Below, piece after piece: positions 1 through 12,464 of a stretch of 64,000 bases of DNA; position 1 is the stretch's first letter, and each line of letters opens with the position of its first letter. Under the pieces are notes generated by a model. The model saw nothing but the letters and a program-made list of their open reading frames with translations. It did no database searches and had not been told where the DNA came from. The stretch is from Octopus vulgaris (taxonomy: Eukaryota). A program made the translations under genes and the position numbers. The stretch covers positions 94,488,001 to 94,552,000 of the forward strand of contig OX597814.1 of the NCBI GenBank assembly GCA_951406725.2, read 5' to 3'.

Positions 1-59
1 CATACATACATACATACATACATACATACATACATACATAATATCGATATTTAAATATC

Positions 60-170
60 AAGTACTGGGCTTACAAAAGAATAAGTCCCAGGGTCGAGTT
101 GCTCGATTAAAGGCGGTGCTCCAGCATGGCCGCAGTCAAATGACTGAAACAAGTAAAAGAGTAAAAGAGT
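60..170 (+). mobile_element. 3' end of tRNA-derived SINE (family A)
   Basis: Nearly identical to 46735-46847 (aagtactgggcttaca...aaatgactgaaacaagtaaaagagtaaaagagt), with a (GAGTAAAA)n tail. Confidence 0.85.
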
Positions 171-204
171 ATACATACATACATACATACATACACAGCC
201 ATAG

Positions 205-600
205 CCATAATGAGAAGGAGTACTGGTGGAATGTCCCCGTGAAAACCGCAAACAAATGTAAACATAACAGACCTGACTTTGTGATTTGGGACGGAGAAGA
301 GAAACTGTGTACTATTGTGGATATCAGTTGTTCATCGGATGTTAACATAAAGCCAAAGATCAGCAAAAAAGAAAATAACTACGCTGAACTATTGAAAAAT
401 CTACAGTTGCTCTTTCCAGATTACAAGTTCAGGTTTATACCTGTAATTACTGGAGCACCGAGATATATAACACACTGCCTAAGTACCTATCTTGAGAAAT
501 TGGGTTTCTCAAAACCAGAAAAGAGAAAGTTGATACGAATACTAGTGACCCAACAATCACTGGATATATAAAAATTTGTAAAACTTTCCAGTTTATCATT
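205..600 (+). pseudogene. Restriction-like endonuclease (RLE) domain fragment of an R4/NeSL-type non-LTR retrotransposon, 5'-truncated
   Basis: ORF 116-571 contains YWWN..VKT...HNRPDFVIWD...CTIVDISC...KENNY and FIPVITGA, the PD-(D/E)xK RLE signature; sits next to a (CATA)n tract. Confidence 0.8.
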
Positions 601-842
601 TAAGCATATATGAGCGTGTCTAGAGATGCAGCTATATGCACGATAAACAAACAGATCTGTATGTAGTATAATAACAGACACACGCACACACACACACACA
701 CACGTATGTATGTGTGTGTGTGTGTATATATATATACATACATACATGCAAAAGAATTCTGTTGATGTTGAAATTCCAATAAAAAAGTTTTGGATCTAGA
801 TTAGAAGAAAGTATGTGTGTAAATAATCATGTAGAGAGGGAT

Positions 843-1025
843 GTAGTGGGAAGTTTACTTAACAACCATATGCTCTGGGATCCATGTCCACAGTGCAGCA
901 CCTTGGATAAGTGTCTTCTGTAAAGCCTCGTAAAGGGATCTGATTCATGAACACTGGAAAGAACTCGTCGTATGTTTATGTCTGTGTGTGTATGTTTTTA
1001 TGTCTTTACCACGGTTAAACAACGA
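843..1025 (+). mobile_element. Degenerate SINE (family A 5' part)
   Basis: caccttggataagtgtcttctg and actggaaagaactcgtcgtat resemble 46478-46570. Confidence 0.5.
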
Positions 1026-1213
1026 TATATATATATTCGCCATAATAGATCGCTAGCCACTAAACATTTTTATTTTCTCTCCCTGTATATTTCTGTGTTC
1101 CTTTCTGTCGAAGAGCGTAAGCTGGTAACGTAAAGGACTTTCTCACTTCCCGAGCGTTAAACTAATAATCTGTTGTTTACACACCAGTCTTTGTCTGGTT
1201 TTTTTCTAAATTC

Positions 1214-1254
<41 letters not shown>

Positions 1255-1303
1255 TATAAATTTATATATATATATATATAAATTTATATATATATTTATA
1301 TAT

Positions 1304-1336
<33 letters not shown>

Positions 1337-1465
1337 ATTTATATTTATATAAATATATATATATATTTATATATTTATAGTTGTAAAAAATTATTACCTT
1401 TGTATGGTATTTATTCCCATGCTGGCCACTTGATATTTAAATATCGATATTATCCCTATTTATAA

Positions 1466-1496
<31 letters not shown>

Positions 1497-1569
1497 CACG
1501 CATATATATATATATATGTATATGTATATATATGTATATATATGTATACATATGTATATATATATATAA

Positions 1570-1624
<55 letters not shown>

Positions 1625-1669
1625 CTGGACCAATCTTTGGTCGAAACATATCTAAGTTTAATCTAAGTT

Positions 1670-1697
<28 letters not shown>

Positions 1698-1700
<3 letters not shown>

Positions 1701-1924
1701 GTTGCTCCAGTTCACTTGGCTGTAGAAATGTGTTGCGACGTCACTGGTGCCAAGCTCTATCGGCCTTTGCCTTTCCCTCGGATAACATCGGTAGTGTGGA
1801 GAGTGAAGGCTGGTATGTATGGGCGACTGTTTGTCTTCCATAAACAACCTTGCCCGGACTTGTGCCTGGGAGGATAACTTTCTAGGTGCAATCTCATGGT
1901 CATTTGTGACGAAATGGGGTCTCC
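1698..1924 (+). mobile_element. 5'-truncated SINE (family C)
   Basis: High similarity to 63347-63571 (cacgttgctccagttcact...aactttctaggtgcaatc...ggggtct). Confidence 0.85.
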
Positions 1925-2289
1925 GATAATAATCACACAAACACACACATGCACACCTACAGAGTAGATGTATGCTTGTGTGATTGTATGGACTTGTAAC
2001 TATAAATACTTATAAACCGAAAAGTAAGTACATTTGTCACATATGAAATATATCATAACATCTATTTAGCACTTAATCTCTAAGTTTTAACGATGAGAGA
2101 AGAAATGTCTTAAAATAATAATCGACAAATACGTTTAGAGAGAAGATCTTTCGACTAAACATAAAAAAGCTGTTAAGAAACAATGATAAATCCTAAGGAA
2201 AAAGATTAAGAATAGTCGTGTCTTTAACATGAAAGAAAAATTGTCCTTATGTACATTAATGCATACTTCCACATATGTATGTAGTAATA

Positions 2290-2491
2290 TGGTTTCAAAT
2301 TTTGGCACAACGCCAGCAAGTTAAGGAGAGGAGTTAAGTCAATTACATTGAACTCATTGTTCAACTGGTACATATGACTCCGAAAAAGATAAAATACATG
2401 GTTGACCTCGGAACTCAGAATGTTAAGACAGGCAATGTGCCTCCAAGAATTTTGCCCAGAATGCTAACGATACTGCAAGCTCCCCACCTTA
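2290..2491 (-). mobile_element. tRNA-derived SINE (family B), degenerate
   Basis: Reverse-complement similarity to 13530-13742. Confidence 0.65.
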
Positions 2492-2924
2492 CCAAGTGTA
2501 GTAATATGAACATTTGTAAACATGACGATAAAGAAAGAGGTAACGATTGAGGAAATTTTGGCGAGACAAGATGTTTAATACAATATGCAGTGGATATGAA
2601 AGTACTTCAGTTTTATTGCTTTTCTAGTTTCCTTCAATGAATCTGGAGGAATTTGTTTCATAAATTTGCTTGATAACTATTTATGCCTTCAAAGAGAAAA
2701 ATATCCCTATATATTAAAACTTGTAGGATGATGAAAAGTATATGTATAGAACTACTTTCACATAATTTGTAATACACACACATACACAGACAGGCGCATG
2801 CACATGCACATACACACGCATATATATATGTATGCATATATACCTGCATATATATATATATATATATATACATATACATGTATGTATGATTATATGATAC
2901 GAATATGCCTGCATATATACATAC

Positions 2925-2969
<45 letters not shown>

Positions 2970-3539
2970 CATATATACAAATATATATGTACATGTAGGC
3001 GTGCGCACACACACACACATACAGTCAAAAGAAAACAGAAAGCTTTGCAAATGCTCTATTTTACTTTCCTTTTATCCTTACACCTTTTCGTTTTGTTTCA
3101 ATGTTTTCATTTTTCCTTCTAGATTGAATATAACCCATCTTTTCACACTTCTTCGCTTCTTTTTTTCATCTATTCAGGATTCTTTCATTTATTTACGTCT
3201 GTCTTATATTTGCTGTAGTTTTCCATTATTCGGTAAGCCTTTAGCTATTTATTTCGTACCAATTATTGTTTCTTTAGTCACATTTGTACTGGTGTTGGCT
3301 CATAATTGGTATATTAGGACATATTAATTCGTAGGCAACAAAAGATAAATGAAAAATATTCTAAAATCTACTTAGGGAAAAGCAAAGTACATTTAAACAT
3401 TCACCTACTGTTTTCGTAACATTATTTCTGTTGCTTTATATTGTATCATTTTAAGGAGATAATTGTTATTTGTTCAGAAGAACGGAATAGCAATATTAAA
3501 TATACCAATATTCCATTGCTTTATGCAACGATAAATGAA

Positions 3540-3737
3540 AAAGGAGGAGGAGGACGACGAGAAGAAGAAGAAGAAGAAGAAGAAGAAGCAGAAGAAGAAG
3601 AAGATGAAGAAGAAGAAGGAGGAGGAGGAGGAGGAGAAGACGAAGAAGAAGAAGAAGAAGAAGAAGAAGAAGAAGAAGAAGAAGAAGAAGAAGAAGAAGA
3701 AGAAGAAGAAGAAGAAGAAGAAGAAGAAGAAAAGAAG
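3540..3737. repeat. (GAA)n/(GGA)n polypurine microsatellite
   Basis: Direct reading; source of the spurious poly-E/K/F ORFs. Confidence 0.95.
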
Positions 3738-3957
3738 AGCGCTCAAAGGGTATAACCTTCCACCAAGGCTACACCACCGCCCTCTCAACGATTAGCGAGA
3801 TATGATTTTTAAAATGAGAATATCTGAAATAAACTCAACTGCTCTCACAAACGAGAATACTAAAATTGAACCCAACCGCTCTCAATAATTAAGTTAAAAA
3901 CAAGAAACATAATCCAGAATCCTTGTCCGGTATCCAATCGATCCCCAAATATAATCT
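3733..3957. mobile_element. Possible Helentron-associated (HINE/DINE-like) non-autonomous fragment
   Basis: aagagcgctc...aaccttccaccaaggc start and aatccagaatccttgtccggtatccaatcgatcccc motif resemble such elements; abuts the R4 fragment. Confidence 0.35.
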
Positions 3958-4562
3958 AAGCTCGCACAACGCGAATACAAAAGGACACACGACAATGTAG
4001 CCAGATATGTCCTCTGGCTGTTTGCGGTAAAGCAAACCTCGAGAGAGCCGAACAATGGTATGAACACAAGCCAGAGGGAGTAATGGAAAGAAAATATTAC
4101 AAAATGCTCTGGATTTTAACATGCAGTCCGACCAAGTCATAGAGGCGAGACGGCCAGATTTCGTGCTCATCCATAAAGATGGAAAAGAAGTAAAGATAAT
4201 GGATGTTGCAATACCAGGCGATTCGAGGGTGAAATGTAAGGAAACAGAAAAGATTGAGAAATCCCAGCCACTGCGGGACAAGATAGGAAAGTTATAGGGC
4301 ATGAGGAAAGTAATGATGATACCTGTAGTGAGTGGAGCATTAGGAGCAGTTTCCAAGGGTTTTGAAAAATATATTAAGAATATTGGAGCTGCCGACGGCT
4401 TGAGGTAATACAGAAGACAGCATTGTTGGGTTCAGCTCGCATTCTAAAGAGAGTATTTTCTCTTTGAGTCACAGGAGAAGGCACTACTTGAAACCTTTGG
4501 GTATTGCCTGCTTTCGATTAAGGAAAACCCGGTAATTAAGTCTTCTTGGAAAGTCTTCCAGA
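3958..4562 (+). pseudogene. R4/Dong-clade non-LTR retrotransposon 3' fragment (RLE domain and 3'UTR)
   Basis: Translation across frameshifts: LAQREYKRTHDNVARYV...WYEHKPEGV...MLWDFNMQSDQVIEARRPDFVLI...IMDVAIPGD...IPVVSGALG...IQKTALLGSARILKRV*; followed by (AAC)n(AAT)n. Confidence 0.88.
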
Positions 4563-4623
4563 ATAACAACAACAACAACAACAACAACAATAATAATAAT
4601 AATAATAATAATAACAACAATAA

Positions 4624-4747
4624 TGGCTTCAAACTTTAGCACAAGGCCAGTAAATTCGAAGGAGGAGTAAAGCCGATTACATCGATCCCAGTGCTCAACT
4701 GGTACTTAATTTATCGACCCCGAAAGAATGAAAGTTAATGCTGACCT
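4624..4747 (-). mobile_element. SINE family B, partial
   Basis: gcacaaggccag...cagtgctcaactggtacttaatttatcgaccccgaaagaatgaaag matches the reverse complement of the 3' half of 13530-13742. Confidence 0.75.
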
Positions 4748-4779
4748 ACAGAGATCAAAGATATCTAATGAGCAAACCC

Positions 4780-5002
4780 CGGAAAGAGTTGTTGGAAGTA
4801 TCAGCGCTCGACTACCAGCGAAGCTCAAAGGGATTGGTGCCAATGTAAAGATAGAACACCTACAAAAATCATCATTGCTTGGAAATGCAAGATCTCTCCA
4901 CAAGGTACTTAAAGCATGACCAGTAAACGAGTGTCGCCTTAGTCTACTAGTTGTGGACAGCTAACAATTTCCGTCATACTCAGCAAAATAAGCTGGGAGT
5001 TA
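4780..5002 (+). pseudogene. Second R4/Dong-type 3' terminal fragment
   Basis: LKGIGANVKIEHLQKSSLLGNARSLHKVLKA* matches the R4 C-terminal LQKxxLLGTARILRKVL motif; followed by (CTA)n(ATA)n. Confidence 0.7.
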
Positions 5003-5033
<31 letters not shown>

Positions 5034-5035
5034 GC

Positions 5036-5092
<57 letters not shown>

Positions 5093-5094
<2 letters not shown>

Positions 5095-7338
5095 CTGGTC
5101 AACAACAAAATGTGTTTAGCTGTTTTAGGGCAATTCTGATGTGCTAATTCCAAAAATCACATTAGTCTTGCTCAGTCAAGTCACCTGCTTGAATTGTGGT
5201 CACATGCTATTTTTTTTACGTTTTTGTTTACATGTACGGGTATTTTTGCTTTATATGATGCAAAATTATTTTTTATTTCTTTAAATAAACGAACTCAGAA
5301 GAGTTTGCATGCGGCTGTTTATGACTAATTGGTATTTTTATGTTATAGGTGAATGAAATGCCTTCGACCAGAAAACCTTGCAAACGTAAGCCCAACGTAT
5401 TCAGCTACATCCGCAGTGAATACACCATTGTTCCTAACAGTCACAAGTTTCATAAAACGTCCTTACCATGCTTATTTTGGTATTAAACTTGGTGACCAGG
5501 ATAAATCTTGGGTGTCATACATGGTATGCAAAGCATGCACTGAGAATCTGCGTCAGTGAACCATGGGCAAGAAGTGTTATCTGAATTGGAATTCCTATGG
5601 TTTGGAGGGAGCCGACAAATCATGGCATTGACTGCTATTTCTGCACTACTGATGTGACTGGGATCAACAGTAAGAACCGGAGCAGCCTCAAGTATCCTGA
5701 TCTTCAATTAGCACGTCGTCCTGTAGCTCACTGTGATGAAATTCCAGTACCTGTTTCCGGAGGACTTCCAGATGCTAGTGACGAAGAATCCTACAGTCTT
5801 CAAGATGAAGAAGATTTAATTCTTGACGATGATGCTCCACATCCTTTTTCCAAAAAGAATCTAAATAACCTAGTTCGCGATAATGGATTGTCAATGTTCT
5901 CTGTTAGTATCAGGATTGAAGGAAAAAAAGCCCTCCTCTCTACAGTGCTACACATCCCCTTCTACACACACCCTTCTACCGTAACTGGCATCAAAAGCAC
6001 CTCCATTTTTTCTCTCTCTGAAGAGAAGGACTTGGTGTACTGTACAGATATTGCCCATCTTCTGCACAAGGTTGGAGTGCCACAGTACGAACCAAAAGAT
6101 TCGAGACTACTCATTGACATAAGCAAGCGATCGTTGAAATGTGTTCTGCTGCACAAGGATAACCAGTTTGCCTCTGTACTCTCTTGCTCACTCGACTATA
6201 CTGAAGGAGAAGTATGAAACGGTGAAGTATGTGCTAGAGAAAATGCGTTATGATCAACATCAGTGGTTTATTTGTGTTGACCTGAAGATGGCGAATTATT
6301 TGTTGGCACAACAGTCTGGGTTCACTAATGACCCATGCTTTCTTTGCACGTGGGAGAGTAGGGACACTGCTCAGCATTACAAGGACTGGCTTTGATGAAT
6401 GGATTGATGCCTCATGAAGAACACACTGGTAGACAGAGACCAAACTCTCTTCCCACCACTGCACATCAAGCTCGGCTTCATCAAGCAACTCACCAAAGGA
6501 TGGTGACTGCTTCATTTACTTGTGCTAGAATTTTCCAGGATTGACCCTATTGAGAAGTTAAAAAGTTACATCTTTGAGGGTCCTCAAATCCGTCAGATCA
6601 TCAGAGAGCCTGAATTTCAAAACTCAATGGACGAAGTGGAACTAGAAGCGTAGAAAGCTTTTTTTCTTGTCGTGAAGAACTTTCTTGGCAATAACAAGGC
6701 GAGGAACTACGCAGAACTTATCACCACTATGCTGATGGCTTTCAGAAATCTCGGATGCAACATGAATATTAAGATGCATTACTTATTCTCATAAGGATCC
6801 GTTTCCTGAGGATCTGGGATCAATGAGCGACGAGGAGGGGGAGAGATTCCATCAGAACATGAAAGAGATGGAGACCAGGTTTCAGGGACCCTGGGATGTA
6901 GTCAAAATAGCAGATTACTATTGTACTCTGAAGAGAGACATTCCTGCCGCTCAGGATTCTAGAGGTCGAGTAAACGCAAGTTTAAGCCCTGGATGTTGAA
7001 CAATGATGACACAACATTTAATTTACATGTACTCATCTTTATCAGTGTCTACTATTCAATTTACAGTAATCGAATATTGTGACATTTAATTAATAAATTG
7101 TGTCAGAAAACAATTTTGTTTATCTTAAAAACCTATTTCGGATGAGAAATATTAACAAAAATCAACCGATAAGGTCAGAAAAATGTAATCATTTTAGTCA
7201 GAAGATCGGATATTTTAAAAGAAACCTGACCTGATAGAGAGAAATGAATGTCGTTTTTGGATTCAGTGGTTCAAAAATTGTTCTAAACCAGCTGAAAAAA
7301 CTAAAACAACATAAAAAAAAAATTTCTGTTATCCAGTC
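5093..7338 (+). mobile_element. Full-length Chapaev3-like (CMC superfamily) DNA transposon
   Basis: Termini CACTGG...CCAGTC; subterminal inverted similarity (agctgttttagggcaattctgatgtgctaattccaaaaatcacatt vs 7247-7294); flanks CAA/TAA within an (AAC)/(TAA) tract; internal transposase remnant. Confidence 0.8.
5358..6990 (+). pseudogene. Chapaev3-type transposase with frameshifts and stops
   Basis: Motifs LGDQDKSW, MVWREPTNH..DCYFC, RLLIDISKRSLKCVLLH, ICVDLKM, PCFLCTWESR, PPLHIKLG, FEGPQIR, FLGNNK, SDEEGERFHQ, ADYYCTLKR in successive frames. Confidence 0.85.
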
Positions 7339-7357
7339 TAATAATAATAATAATAAT

Positions 7358-7547
7358 ACTTTCTACTATAGGCACAAGGCCTGAAATTTGGGAGAGGGAG
7401 ATAGTCAATTACATCGGTTCCAGTGCGTAACTGGTAATTATTTCATCGATCCCGAGAAGATGAAAGGCAAAGTCGACCTTGGCAGAATTTGAACTCAGGA
7501 CGAAATTTTGCTAAGCATTTTGCACCGCGTGCTAACGATTCTGCCAT
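7358..7547 (-). mobile_element. SINE family B
   Basis: Reverse complement of 13530-13742, including the B-box-like gagttcaaattc. Confidence 0.8.
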
Positions 7548-7600
7548 TTCACTACTTGTGCGTTTATTAATAGCATAATGACTATCCCGTGAAAGCTATA

Positions 7601-7743
7601 TATGAGGGGTTGCTGAAATGTTCTTGGCCTAAAGGTGTCGCGAAAGGCCTAGCTGGAGGCGTAAACTTGTGAGTTCTTTTACAGGGATTAGAAAAACTGA
7701 AGGACCGCTGCAATAGGTGTGGGAATCTGAAAGGAGAATTATG

Positions 7744-7750
<7 letters not shown>
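7601..7750 (+). mobile_element. Mariner-derived MITE, truncated by (TA)n
   Basis: Same sequence family as 24962-25177; one TIR plus a transposase-tail remnant (GLEKLKDRCNRC..LKGE). Confidence 0.75.
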
Positions 7751-7826
<76 letters not shown>

Positions 7827-10800
7827 GTGATATCATTTTCAATTAGACTTTAAAGCATTCGGTGATATGTTTGACCAGATTTGTTTACCTTATCTTTGAA
7901 AGACTCGAAAATAAGTAGGATACACAGGTCGACGCAGAGTTTTCATCCTACTGCACTCTTCCTGATATCATGCATTTATTTTCACTGACTATGAAATCTT
8001 TAATAATTTTATAATGCTTATTCTCTGGTATCACAACTGCAATCGTCTTCATAAGATTAACAGAAAATAAGCGTTCTTAGATTAAGGAACTCGAAATCAA
8101 AGAAGATAGAACGATATGAAATTTTTACTTTTTTGCTGTTGTTTTTGGAAATCATTCTTTCATAAAAGAAAAATTAAATAAGATACATAGTTAATTAATA
8201 CTTTTAATTTCAGATTCTACAGAGGTGATTAAATTAAGAACCAATTGAGTATCGGTTGTTTATGAGATGATTCTTTTAAAATAACTGTGATTTCTAAGAA
8301 ATAAAGTAAAATTGTATGTAATAATGAAATATTTCCCGCGAGAGGATATGCAAGGAATGAAAAGTTATTAAAAATGGAATTTTAGAAATGTTTTTGTTCT
8401 TTTTCGTTTTTTATCATGATTTTATTTATTTTTTCTTGTGGCTTGTATCATTGGCGACGGAATTACACAAACACATCTCTCTCTCCAACAATTTTACAAT
8501 TGCGGTGAGTGGTGGAGGAAGACTTCTGGAAATGTTTGATAATATGTTGAGTACATCAAACAAACAAATAATTAAATATAACCAACTGCGTTGATTTCAG
8601 TATGTTACTAATAATTATTTAACATAGTATGGAGGGATTAAAGCAAAGTCAGTTATTTACATTTAAAACAGTTATGTTATGAAATCAGAAAGTATCAAGA
8701 AATTCTGTCGGCCATGTGTATTAATTCTTTTCTTGATGCAGAACATAAGCAATTATCAATTGTTTTATTTCAGTAGGCGGGCTTATACACTCTGGAAACA
8801 AAAGGGGTGGAATATACGCTAGCGACATCTATACATTAATTTTGCCACCTATATAAATATTAATTTTTTTAATGAATTTAAATGTATTCGTATAATAAAC
8901 TGCTTGCTAGCCACAATCACAAAAGCAACACCAACAATAACAATAGACAGCAAAATACGAAGAAGTAAATAAACAATACCGAATATTTACCACAACACAC
9001 GTAAATTGTAAACAATAGCCTAAAGTATTATAAAAAATGTGTCAAAATTTGTGTTTGTTTATATATTAGCAATCAAAATGATCTTTACAGTTGTAGTGTA
9101 ATGTAGCGTCTTCACTTCTGTGTGCGTATATATGCATATATAAAAGATGTGTTTAATTTTGCCGAATCATAGTAACGCCATGTTGAAAAATTGTTTGTAA
9201 ATAAATGAGTGCAATAACTAGAACAAGTTTTGAAATACATAATTTTATTCCTTGAAGTTACCACATTTTTATTTGGTATTTCAGTGCTTTTTCCTTCCGA
9301 TATTTAATACGTTGCTGTCAGTCGAATTATGAATTTTTTGTTTTTAAATACATTTCTATCATATGTTTAAATGTATTCAGAGAAATCCTATGTCGGTGAA
9401 TCTGGGCTTCGTCTGTGTCAGTGTGATAAATATATATGAAGAGTAGATCAGGAGTAAAAACGTGGAAGCAAAATAAGCAAATAAACAAATAAGCAATAAA
9501 TTGTATAAATACAGTGTATTATGCTGCGAAAGAAATGAAGACAAACTGATGTTTTGGATAAGTGTCATTTGTCAGGATAGATGGAGGGAAAAAAGAAAGA
9601 AAGTTCAATGTTTGAAGTGAAGAGCGCAAAATGCTGTTATCGTAGAATATACATTGCTGACCAATAACAAACAGGAAGTTAGCATAGTTAGTAGTTAATC
9701 AAAACATAGAGTGCAATTTGGAGGGCAAAGTCAGATATCTATGCGCTGAAAGGATTAAGCGTAGTATGATTTGTTGTGAGTATAAGTGAGAGTAGAGAAT
9801 TTTAATTCTAAGAGAGAATGCAACATATCTAATATTAACATAACAGAATAGTGCTAGTTTTGTGCTAAATCTCTTTCTTTTTTTCGGAAATTATGTTCGC
9901 CTTTCCATCGCATATTCTTTTTAACGCGTTTGACTGAGCCTCTGCAGATTCTGAGCCCACCCAGAGGTGCAGCTGCACTGGGTAATTAATCATCGCAAAT
10001 TTGGCGGCTTTGTTGAAGATGAAGGGGGAGTATGTTAGAAAATCGATAAAGACCACCATGAAAACAAACCTTCATCAGCAAAATGAAATGAATAATCAGG
10101 GCTGACAAAGCTTTCAAATTTCCTACCGAGCGGGAAAATGTGACTGGAAACTAATTAGCATCTCAATTGTCATTCGTATCTCAAAACACAAAAGCATGAA
10201 ATTTCGCTTAAGAAAATCTTTGTATCTTAGGTCATTCGTACCTCAAGTTAGGGCTAAAAGAAATGGTTGCAGTCAATTTAAATGCGGAAACCCGCAAGGA
10301 ATAGTTTTATTGAGTTTCCACTGATTGATTGGCAATTTTGGTAAACTCGATCAAATTAAGATTTCTTGCACCAAAAGGATCACCCTGATAATCCTGCTGT
10401 GTAGGTAGCAAATGATTTGATCTTAGACTGAATACAAACAAATAAAAGTTTTTTATGAAAGTCCCTTGGGTGTCAACTTACCCATTTTTCATTTTTAATC
10501 CTACTTGAATAAAACATCCTGGGATCACGCTGGATAACTCAAATCAACCGAAAGCATAAAAGTAAAACCCTTCCTAAATAGATTCAGTGAACTGGCTCCA
10601 ATTCTTTTATGGCATACTTAAGGAATGAGAGAATATCAAGCATATTTGGTCTTCCATGAAAATCCCGCTCTCTTGTCATTCAAATGGTCTAACTCGTTAA
10701 TTATTCCCCCGCATTTCTCAAATCAAAAAAGCGTGCACGTTTGAAAGCCAAAACACATGATAACGCGTCTTCGCAAAATAAAAAGTGCGCTGAGTCATAC

Positions 10801-10929
10801 AGGCTGTCTGCAAATGCGCACGCGCATTCAACTGTCAAGGTTAGAATTATCTCCGTCCAATCAAAAAACAGCAGGCAGTCTATTGGCGTATCTGGCTGTA
10901 CGCACGTACCGCGTACAAATTTCTATGTT

Positions 10930-11152
10930 CTAGCGATTTTGAATGGATATGCCCATAACGTATGGGCATAAGGGGCCGGTTTTCTGGGGTGACTGGGGAA
11001 ATGGAAGGATCTTCACGACCACCCTCAGACAGTTTTGAAAGCCCATAGAAAATGGGAGCCTTTTACGTGAAAATCTGTGGAGTTTTATAAAGGACACACA
11101 GACACATAGACACATAGACACACAGACATTTTGCCGTTTATAGATATAGAGA
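10930..11152 (-). mobile_element. Probable non-autonomous Helitron (may extend left to about 9850)
   Basis: Minus strand begins A|TCTCTATATCTATAAACGGCAAAATGTCTGTGTG, a Helitron-type 5' TC end with a short repeat tract; perfect hairpin TATGCCCATA-ACG-TATGGGCATA (10948-10970) 14 nt from a CTAG; the base after CTAG is A rather than the expected T. Confidence 0.5.
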
Positions 11153-11199
11153 TAAAATGCAAACCTAATTATCAGAAGGGAAAGTATTTCAGAATGAGA

Positions 11200-12000
11200 A
11201 AACGTGGCTGGTGAGAACGAAACGTGAATAGGATATGTTAATGTGTAAGTAATACAGACAAAGTATTTCAAGGCATGTGAGAGCGAAGAATGGGTTGATA
11301 AGTGTGTTAGTGGGAGTATACGTGAGGCAAGCAAGTCCGTTAGATTAGCAGTTGTCATAGATTAATTTGAAATCATATTTTGTTTCGTGAAACTATCAAT
11401 ATCTAGATTCAGGCGAAAGCGGCTTGAAAAATCAGTGTCAGACAACATATTAGTCAAATTCATACAGTAGGTGGCATTGTTGGAGATCCAGTTAAAACGT
11501 CCGTAACATGGAAAGAGCGTATCCATGTGGGATAGAGATATTTTGTGAAATATTATAAATGTAACAGCTGGAGAAACAGTACACACAGGTAACGGATGAT
11601 TGAGTGATCAATAAAAATGGAGATGCGTAAAAAGCTGATAGAATTTGTCATGTGGAGATTTGGGAAGGAATTAAATGAAGCAGGATCGAAATGAAGAAGA
11701 TGAGGTGATAGTCAGTAAGAATGGCGTCACATACATTTATCGATGTAACGACTGTAAGCTTTGGGATGACTTCAGAGATAGTAACGAAGTTCTGAACGTC
11801 AAAGCAAACATCCAAGATTTTGGTATTGTTCAGCGCCATCCTAGTCCTTATAACCATTCCAGTAAATTGTTTACACAGGTCCTTCATGAAAGAGATGCAA
11901 TTGATAGTGAGGGAGAGTTCGGTGAGGCAGAGAAAAGTGGGAAGCTAGGCTCGAGCATAATGTATTAACTCAGGAGGAATTTAAGGCCAAGAGCCCATCA
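11200..12000 (-). pseudogene. LINE (CR1/Jockey-type) apurinic endonuclease region relic
   Basis: ORF 11648-11887 TRMALNNTKILDVCF...LTDYHLIFF resembles the APE C-terminal PTR...ILDL.F...SDH motif. Confidence 0.55.
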
Positions 12001-12246
12001 TTATAAATATAAAGGTATAAAGGGCCTTTGTACTTAATGGAACAGAACCTATTATCATATGTTCATTTTCTAGCGGACATTCTATAAGTTCTGCTGAATT
12101 GTCGGTTTTATATCTAAGAGTTCAAAGAGTAACAGATACTATCCTAATGGCAATTCAATTTCCATTTCTATTCTCAGCTGTGTAGCATTTCAGTTTTCAT
12201 ACACTAAATTATAAGATGAAAAAATCACGAAAGCTACATCATCCTA

Positions 12247-12464
12247 CGAAGGAGTGCTGGAAAGTTCCTGGCTTTGAGTAAAAGAAAACACAGGAGGATC
12301 AGTTAATTATGATTTTATCCAACATATTCCCCTCTCAGATTCACACACTTATTGCAGCTGTCCTTCACTTTTTTCTAAGCCCTGTAAAAGAACTCGAAAA
12401 GTCGGTCTTCCAGCCTGGCCTTTCCCGATACTTTTAAAGACATGAACTTTTCAGGATCCCTTCG
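12247..12464 (-). mobile_element. Complete mariner-derived MITE
   Basis: TIRs cgaaggagtgctggaaagttc / gaacttttcaggatcccttcg with TA on both sides; opposite orientation to 24962-25177. Confidence 0.85.

Noticed and set aside
1437-3327. Long ORFs rich in YI/CV/HT dipeptides (also near 15.4, 19, 20.4, 26.1, 27.7, 45, 51.7, 62 and 63 kb)
   Set aside because: Translations of (TA)n, (CA)n and (CATA)n microsatellites, which lack stop codons; not genes.
3441-3795. Poly-Glu, poly-Lys and poly-Phe ORFs
   Set aside because: All come from the (GAA)n tract and have no unique coding context.
9865-10059. ORF containing PFIF...FAMIN, reminiscent of a Pif1/Helitron helicase motif
   Set aside because: The match is too short and lacks the QFP and KSQGQ residues; cannot be supported without a search.
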